Of a DNA stretch of 64,000 nt, positions 27,601 to 64,000 are shown one piece after another. The translations under genes and the position numbers were made by a program. Position 1 is the stretch's first letter; every line of letters starts with the position of its first letter. The DNA is from Tubiluchus corallicola (lineage: Eukaryota > Animalia > Priapulida): positions 136,002 through 200,001 of the forward strand of contig JAQGDQ010000285.1 of assembly GCA_030141605.1 (NCBI GenBank), read 5' to 3'. The notes below the pieces were generated by a model. That model had not been told where the DNA came from, did not search any database, and saw only the letters and a program-made list of their open reading frames with translations.

Positions 27601-28365
27601 CACAATATTCCTTTATAAAGGGAATTTGTCTCTAGGAAAGTTTCTTTCACTGTTGATTAAATTTGTCTTATTTATTTGTTTGCAATGTTGTAGAGAATGG
27701 TGGTTCAATAAACAAACATAAATAACAGATCTAAAAAGATGAGCTAAGTAACAAAATGAACTTTATACATTTATTTTTCTTAGCTTAGTAAAGTTTTCTT
27801 GTAATTTTGACTTTTTGCAAACTTAAGAAAAGAAAAATATAATCTTCAAATAACATCTGTATTCAAATATGCATCAGCCTTGTATAAATGGAATAATTAT
27901 ATCATATCGATCATATATTTAAATGGGAAAAATGGGGTCACACATTATTTAGCTGCAATTTTTATAGAACTATTGCAATTTCATCATTTCAGTAATGGCA
28001 GTGTTTTAGGCTATTAGACCCGAAAACATAGATGGCCTTTTCTAATGATTTTACATAATTGATTTGACCTTTGTGCTTAACAGTGACAGGTAGCCTGCTA
28101 CTGCAAAGAAACAGAGTTAAAAAAGTGGCTTTTAATAATATTTTTTATAAAAAAATGCTTACCATTAGATAATTAAATATGGAAAAACAAGACATCAACA
28201 GCAGGGCACTAGCGAAGTTTATTATAGAGAACAACTGCTATATCAATACAACATCCTACAAGAAAAAAAGCATTTACATGTTTAAATACTTAGGCTATTA
28301 ATACAGATAAAGCCAGGTCATTCTTTTTTAATAACATAGATAATAACATTTGTATAAATTCGAAT

Positions 28366-28590
28366 AATTTAATTTAATTTAATTTAGCATAACATGATAT
28401 GATATAATGTAATGTAACGTAATGTAACGTAACGTAACGTAACGTAACATGACATAACATAACATAACATAACATAAGATAATATAATACTATTCAATAC
28501 AGTACAATACAATACAATACAATACAATACAATACAATACAATACAATACAATACAAATTAATATAATATAATATAATGTAATTTAAGTT
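28366..28590. repeat. Compound pentanucleotide microsatellite (AATTT/AACAT/AATGT/AACGT/AATAC/AATAT) kept in 5-bp register
   Basis: Direct reading of the sequence. Confidence 0.9.
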
Positions 28591-30846
28591 TAATTTATTT
28601 ATATTACACTATTCATTATGTAAGACAATAATTATGAGCAGCAGCCTACATATAGATTTTTGTTTGCTAAAGTACAGTCACGCCAATTGTCAGTATGAAT
28701 GTTATAACATGAACTGTGCGGAAATGATATAATAATCTTTGTTGTTAGTTATATTTACATGTACTTGTGGTAGATAAAGATTTTGGCAGATCAATTTCAC
28801 GCGATCTCAAGTTAATTAGACAATTAACATTACTAGCTATGACAAAAGGTGAATGGAGACTTCTACAGAAATATACGAATGAAAAAGCACTTGTGTCAAA
28901 AGTCAGTCTATGCTATAAACAACTTTTTTAAAGGAATGTTTAACATTTACAACACACGAGAGACTTAAATTAGACTCGCATATAGAAGAGTATAAATCAT
29001 AATTTTGTAACTGAAATTCGAAATGTTTCAACGATCTGCTGACTAGCAGAAGCATAAATCGCTTAGAATACCGTGGTAGGAAAAGCAATGTTTGGATACT
29101 GAGAAATCTGGTTAATTTTTTGCTTGTTATTTATTCACAGCCTTTCTTAAAGTGAGATTTTCCAAACATTCATCTACATTTCAATGACACTAAAAGTAAA
29201 GCATAGAAGAAGAACGAGTATAGACAGTCTACTCAAGTGACTCTTAATTACAGCTAAGATTTAATGATAGGGAAGTGTTCACACGTGTTTAACTGCAACG
29301 GCAATCACAGACAGTCGAATCTTCTTTAACTCATTGCTAACGCACGTCGACGACGTTGCCGTGCGCCAACTTTAGTTTTTGCATGCAGCAGAAAGAATCA
29401 GTAAATCTATAGGGACACATAATGCAAACAATTACCCTGCTTTTGGATAATGATTACAGCTTTATGTATATGAAAAAACTCACATATTATTTTATTTGGT
29501 ATTCCTGAAAGTTATGTCTTCCGGCTGCTAGCAAAGTCATCAATAAAATGCCATAAGAGTTCTTTTACATTTTCGTTTGATCTGTTTTCTTCATATGCCT
29601 CAAAAATACACTTGATTTACATTGAACGAATACAAGAAACCATTTTACATCATCAAGTTTTAGGGACTAAGAACACGTTTTAAGGACTAGCTCATTTAGT
29701 AAGAAAAACAAGAAACTCTTCTGCAAATTGACCATGACTTACGATTTTTGTCGATCGATGAAAGTTGGAAAACAGAAGTCTACATTGTTGATGTTTTAAT
29801 TTCTGAGTCTTCGGTTTTACGACGCAGGAGGAATTCGCTACCAACTTTTGTTGGCTAACTTTTTTGGTATTCGAAGCTATTAGAACACTTAATCAATTAA
29901 TTTCTTTGGTTAGATAAAAATCCTAGAACAAAAAGAACTATTAGAAATTTTATTAGGGATTTTTGTTGACAGTTCGGCAAGTTTTGTTCGCGTTTCCAGG
30001 GGTTTTGACTTAGTTATTTTTATTTCCAGTATTCAAGCTTAGATTTATGTTATCCCGGTATCACTGTGAAAGACAGTCAAACAAGTTTTGCTATTTCTTC
30101 TAATTTCTAACCAAATGCTATGTTTTATACCTCATTTTTAATGATCTAAGAATCCTGTAAGTATATCAGTATGACTTATGAAGTTATCATCTTGTAACAC
30201 AATCAAACAAGCTTTGCTTATTTCCAAATAATTGCAACAGTTTCAAGCTCAGTTCTGAGTTATCAGTCCACGTTTGTCAAACAAGCTTTGCTTCAAACAG
30301 TCTTATATGTAATACATTTTGATTATTCCCCAGAAATCTGTTAATGTAACAAATTTTCAAAACGCTTTACATTCAAACTTAATTAAGCCTAAGCGACAAA
30401 ATTATTAACCCTTATCCTCATCCGATTTTCGATTATATTTGATTATCCATATTGCATTTACTGTCACGCGTACTCGCGCGGATTATCCTAAAGACATGTT
30501 CACATTCTTGTGGTTCATGTGGCTACAGTGATGGTAGTGGTGATGCGGTTAATCCGTTATGTGCGATAATGTGTATTGCGAACTTGAAGAAGGTTCTACG
30601 AATGGTCCAATCAACGGGTGGACCGTTGGTTGATGCAGGGCTGAGTACGGACTTTAAAGATGATTATTTGGGAAATAGAAAAGAAAAAAGTTATATTTAT
30701 CTGGCAAAGGCCTCTTTATAAGAAATATATTGAGCGTGAAAGTTAAATCCGTAATAATCAATAAGGTTACGCATCATAAAATGGAATAATGTTGGAGCAA
30801 CAGCCAATGAATGACGTCACTGTATTAGACAAAGCATTTTTAAATC

Positions 30847-30974
<128 letters not shown>

Positions 30975-33900
30975 GTTTGAGAAAAGTTTTAATGAATTTT
31001 TTTAGCCTATAGAGTATACGGTTTAGTGAACAGTTAGTAAGAGTTTGGAAACGATCAAAAAGGCTGGAAAGTAAGGGAAAGCAATTTTGATGACTAAGTA
31101 AGGCTTTTAGTTTTACGCGAAATCCCGTGTAACGCTGAAAACTAATAACTCAGTACAACGGGCTACGTCTTAACAAAGGTACCATAGGCTTTTCTGTTTT
31201 GCAGGGCGGGTTGTAAAAGTTCCAGGGTGTGCCCTCTTAATTCAGTTGTCATTTCGGATTAAATTCGTTATTTGCGACAGAATATGACGATAGGCCTACA
31301 GCGAGGGCCTGTAAGCGAGAACTGCTCTATTGCAAAAGGTCTTATTGAAATTATCACTTGTGCAAAAATATTTTAATTTATTTCTTGTAATTGTATTTAC
31401 AAAAAATCTACATTTTTTTGTAAAATAGGCTACATTTTTTACAAAGTGGTATGTATACGCGTTTCCTTCACAAATCTGATAAAATGTGTCCAAGATATCA
31501 CAGTTTAGGTGGTTTGAAACGCCCTTCTTCTGTGCTTTCCTCTATTTTCTTAATTACGGGATTTTTCATTTGCTGGATCCTATAGTAGTTTTACTGAAAT
31601 TCAAAATACTTCACAGTTAGTCAAATTCAACCCATTCTTTAATTTTTCTTCTTGTTTCACTATTCCGTTCTAAACGTCGATCTGTCTTACTTCTTATTCC
31701 ACTTTCATGTGTTTCGTCAAGCTATTCCTCTGGGTCATTCATTAACCTAATAAGTTACTTAACATTTTTCAGCTTGTTTAATGTGATATCGTAGCAATGA
31801 TTAAAACTGTATTGTGCTAATGTGGAATAAATATGATCTTGAATCTTGAGTCTTTATTGTGCATACTGACATGGTCTACCTCATTAGGTTGTTTCAATGA
31901 AAAAGCAAGCCAAAAAATTTGACAGGCGTGACGTTAATAGTACTTAATAAGCTCGATCTTTTGAGCAAAATAGAAAGTAAAAGTGGCTGTAACTTTCTCT
32001 GTCGTTACAGGTTTACTTTCAACATTTGCGTCATAACTTCCAACTTAACCCATCATAAAAACTTCAAGGTGCAAAATTCAAATGCATAACTGTTATTAAT
32101 GATGTTCAAAGTTTACATGAGTATTTATAAGATAAGGCGCATTCCTGTATAAATAATTACAACATCCAGATATATAGCGTTTGACACACTGACACAGTTG
32201 GCCTTGCTTTCATCATACTGCATGACTGCCCACAACAAATAAAATGCTTTGAGCCTTGAGGACAGCCATGGCTAGCACAATAATACTTGTATTTTGGCCA
32301 TATAATTATCTGAAGGAATTTTAGGGGTGGGTAGCGCAGCTGTACCGTTACACGACAAACCAAGCGTATTTGTGCAGTGTGTACACAAAACTAAAAAAAC
32401 GTTAGACGTTTTATTCAAGAATATTACATGGTTTAAACTATAGTTAAACTATAACCATTAAAAAATTCGGTCTTTTTTACAATTTTGTTAACACTAGCTA
32501 TGAGGCTTTACCACTATTTTGTTTTTGACTTATATTGTGCAAATACTATCAAAAAGCTAATGCATTAACCATCAACATAACGTACGTATAGAACATGATT
32601 ATTGTTGTTCCTAACTCATACTAATTAATTACCAGTTGACTTAAAGTTTTTAAAATGAGCAAATAAAGATTATGTAACATTTAATTATGGACACCAGATG
32701 CCATGACCTGCCTTGTTAAATATTCGTAACGCGTAACACGCTAGGTGATGATTTCATGTCTAGCTTTTGATGAGGTATTTCAAGTAGAAGTATGACCTTC
32801 AAACGAAGGCACTGTAGTTGATAGACATCGCTGTATCAACCCCGAGGGCGAATTCTTAAAAAGACGCTCGAACTAATAACAGAGGCTGCAGTTTTACCCA
32901 AGGAGGCCGCGTAGAGTAGACTGTACAATTCCTTGATGCCTACTTCAGTTAACAAGCTGCACATTTGGGGCGCATTCAACAGGGCGATTAAAATTTGAAG
33001 TTTCTTCTTCAGTGAAAGTGATGAATTTGGGTAACAAAAACATAATTAAAAAAACGGAAAAATGGTCGGTAGAAAGCAAAGGTGAAAAAGTTTGTGGACA
33101 AAAAACAATAGTGATATTAGACAACGATTAATTAAGCAATAGCAGTAAAGATATTAGCAATTAGCAAAGAAATCAAAATTCAAAAGACTATAAATAAAGC
33201 AAAAAAATGTGAGACCGCAGAGCAGAAGAAATGAATTACTATGAATTACATTTGTTAGAAGGATATAGATGGAATTTAGATGTGAGCTGCACCGTTATAA
33301 CACAAACCATTCGTATCTGTACGGTGCCTGATGATAGTGAGAAAATTTTTAAGAGATATAATAAGAGAGATTTTAAGTATAAATATTTAATAGCTTTTCA
33401 GTTTTGAAAATGACAGTCGTAGTTGTATATATAATTTCAAATTTCAAAGTGCAACTCAACAAGTTTGCAGATTTTTATAAATTTCATCACGCAATGTACG
33501 TAAAATACGTAGACGCATTCTTTACAAAAATGAACATGTCACAATGCACAAATACAAATACAAAATACAAACACTCTAAGGACAACGGGACTAAATATAG
33601 CGTTATTTCCAATAGACTATTGCTACTTGCTAGCGACATTTCATGGCCCTGACGTATTTTAGGCAGTAGGATATGACATGTGACACGTTGTTTGTTGATT
33701 TTGCGTTAACCGCTGAAAAGTCTGTCTTATAATTTGCCGACACACCACAAACTGACAAAGTATTTTCTATAAAAACAATAGTTTTACTAATTTGACTAAA
33801 TTGTCTCTAGTTTGGCATACTTTTCACCGCATTTTTGCTGTACGTTGTCTGTAGCCTGAAAATGACTGTTGACGTCGAACTGAAACAGCTAAAATAGCCT

Positions 33901-35745
33901 CATCGTGACCTTCTTTTGATGTATTACAAGATCTTTGTCTTTGGTACTATTGCCTTATTTATCTTTGTCTGCTTTATCATTTCCTTTTTTACTTTCGCTT
34001 TCATTGTGATTGTCTTTTTGCCCATGTTTTTTTACGTTTGTGTTTTGTACACATTGTAGGTTTAAGTGATTGTAGAAAAAAATAGGCACTTGTTTTTCGT
34101 GAAACAAAATTTTGCTTGTATGTATAAAATATGTACGTAAGTAAGTATGTATGTATGTAAGTTCAATGATTCAATGGAAAATTAGGTTAGTTCACTCGAA
34201 CATAAAATAAAAGTACCTTAGATTTTCATTAATTTCTATGTTTGAAATTAATAACAGAGTGAACATTAGTGTGAATCCAACAAACTTATCAAAATGATTA
34301 CTATTTAAATAAAGTTTGAATTGATTTCTAATTAAAAGTGTATATTTTCGCTACTAAAATACTGGTAGTGAAGATTGAGCAGATAATGCCGTCAATGATA
34401 AAAAAAACCGTTATCGCAAAATAATGATCAGCCAACCTGATCCAGACTAATCTACCAAATCGCTCACCAAACTTGTGGAGGTTAAGATTGTGGTGGTGAA
34501 TGCGTCTTTATGGTCTTTCGTTTTCTGATCTGAATAGTTTAGCGCGATGTGACAAGATTCTGAATAGATACGAAATTTTGCAGTATAAGCTGGTAGATAA
34601 GGTGTATGATATATGCGCGCGCAGAAAATTTACTGTAAAAGTTTAAATTAATGAACGAAGTCATACTAATAATGAAATTATGAGGATTTGTTAGATGTGT
34701 CGCAATCGCAAGAACGACATCAATAAAGTTTGTTAAATATGACACAATAGCCAAAGAACTTCTATCATTCTTTCTACTGCAAGCTAACAGTCACCATGGT
34801 TCTTCATACTGATCACTTCTAAAATGAGATCAAGATAAAATTCTATTCAATGCCGATTATCTACATGAACAATATGAACAGTTAAATCTCTTTGTGGGCA
34901 ATAATTACAGATAAGTCCTTCTCCTAACAAAACTGTTACGAGAGCTTTTACTTGTAGAATTTCCAGCCAGTGAAGAAACTGTATTATAGTGACTATTTTA
35001 CTCTATTTTTCGCAAAACTTGCTTCTGCGTCAACTTTACAAAGATCATATAACAAACTATACCATCTAGTGAAAGAATGAACCTGACCCTAGGCATGATT
35101 TATCTGATTTTTACTAGACTTGGGGTTTAATTGATGTCAATAATTTCTTAATTAATAAACAAGTAAGATGAAACCCACAAGGTTTTATGAACGACAATAA
35201 AGTGATTTAGATAGCAATTAATGCTAATCAAAAGGTGAAAGTTTAGCTCCGTTCAAGGTTAAAAAAAAATTTTACAACATTTCATGACTGTAGCAATGAA
35301 AGCTAAAAACTCCATTTTGTGCGTTTATCGCAAACATTTATGATACATACCATATATTTTTATGGCACATGCTTGCAATTGCGTGTTATTATAGTAATGT
35401 TACAAAGCACATGACAAGGGCTCAACAAAATTCTCAGAATTTTTTCATGTTCATGTCGATTTTTTTCTCATTGTTCATTATTCTAGTAAATTTCCCAATG
35501 CTCTTTGAGTAGAGTTAAATGTGCCACACCTTAACCGAAGTGGAAGAGCTATACTGCCTATACAGTACATATTTTTGTGGTATTACCGAATTACGAAACG
35601 TATCTTTCAAGGTGAAAATGGGATTTTATAATCACTGGGTTAAGCGACTAGTGATGTCTATAGTTACGTGACGAAATTTAAAACTGTATAAAAGACAAAC
35701 GTGTTCTAGTGTAATATTGTCTTATTATTTTCATTTTGTCCGCGC

Positions 35746-35838
35746 TATAAAAATTGTTCGCGTAATTTTTTCTCCACAGTATTGCGAATATTACGTGGCT
35801 GCTTGTGTTACACGCTTATTTCGTTTGTTTTTAGTGAG
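35746..35838 (+). promoter_or_regulatory. Candidate TATA/Inr core promoter and non-coding first exon of the EGF-array gene
   Basis: TATAAAA at 35746, Inr-like CAGT with A at 35778 (32 nt downstream), donor GAG|GTAAAG after 35838, acceptor TTTTCAG at 36358 five nt before the ATG. Confidence 0.5.
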
Positions 35839-36363
35839 GTAAAGTTTAAATAAAATGAATAAAGAATAAACAACTATTGCAGATAATATGACTGTATGTT
35901 TCAGTTGCGGAAAAATCTGTAATAACGTATGCTTGTTTATTTACTTCAAACATACCACAGATTTACTTAAAATTAACAAAACATGCATTTTCGCATTTTT
36001 CAACGAAACTGACCAGAAAACAGCAAAATATTATCATTTAACAATCGGGAGGCGCCATCAGTAACACACAAATATTCTTTCCAGACATTTATGTCTATTT
36101 ACTATATAGTTGAAGAAAAGTAAATTTATGTTTGTTGATTAATTTATTGGTGGAAAATTTGAAACTTTTCTATTTATTTCAACATAAGCCATACAAATCA
36201 TTCAGTTAAAATATTTACATTTACTAAAACTACAAGTTCAGATTTCAGAGTTAGGTACACTAAAAACAATACTAAAATTACTCTATACAAAATGAGTATA
36301 AAAACATTTAAAACATACATTGTACAAGGTGAAATATATGCTTCTTTTTTGTTTTCAGTTCAA

Positions 36364-63861
<27,498 letters not shown>

Positions 63862-64000
63862 GTGAGATTTAGATATTTTCTACATATTGAATTATTCCTA
63901 GCACAAACAAAATTTCCAACATGACGGTTTGTCTTGCTGTAGAAGACAGCTATGAAAACTAGGAAATAGGCCTGTAATGATACATTGATGTATCAATGCA

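Noticed and set aside
30452-30721. KTCSHSCGSC resembling the end of a ShKT domain
   Set aside because: Remaining cysteines and convincing splice sites are absent.

Overview
AT-rich eukaryotic (metazoan, probably invertebrate) genomic DNA with spliceosomal introns, many microsatellites and decayed transposons. Two protein-coding genes are supported. (1) An intronless SLC16/monocarboxylate-transporter-family MFS gene at 4691-6010 (+). (2) The 5' part of a large secreted protein gene on + (36364 to beyond 63861), assembled by hand into 27 coding exons (about 1100 aa in the window): signal peptide, a 4-Cys LDLa-like module, a 7-Cys EGF module, then 24 calcium-binding-type EGF modules, each on its own phase-1 exon. 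From recall, the N-terminal cassette closely resembles the N-termini of Drosophila Dumpy and C. elegans FBN-1 (apical-ECM ZP-domain proteins) rather than true fibrillin. Oddities in this gene: a compensated +1/-1 frameshift destroying one Ca-binding motif, a GC-AG intron, and two unrelated hAT MITEs each inserted 30 nt into an intron. The ~30 kb between the genes holds relics of BEL/Pao, CR1/L2-type LINEs and tRNA-SINEs, and a 24-bp minisatellite with a higher-order repeat. A ~1 kb G-rich array lies upstream of the transporter. No database searches were run; family assignments come from motif recall.
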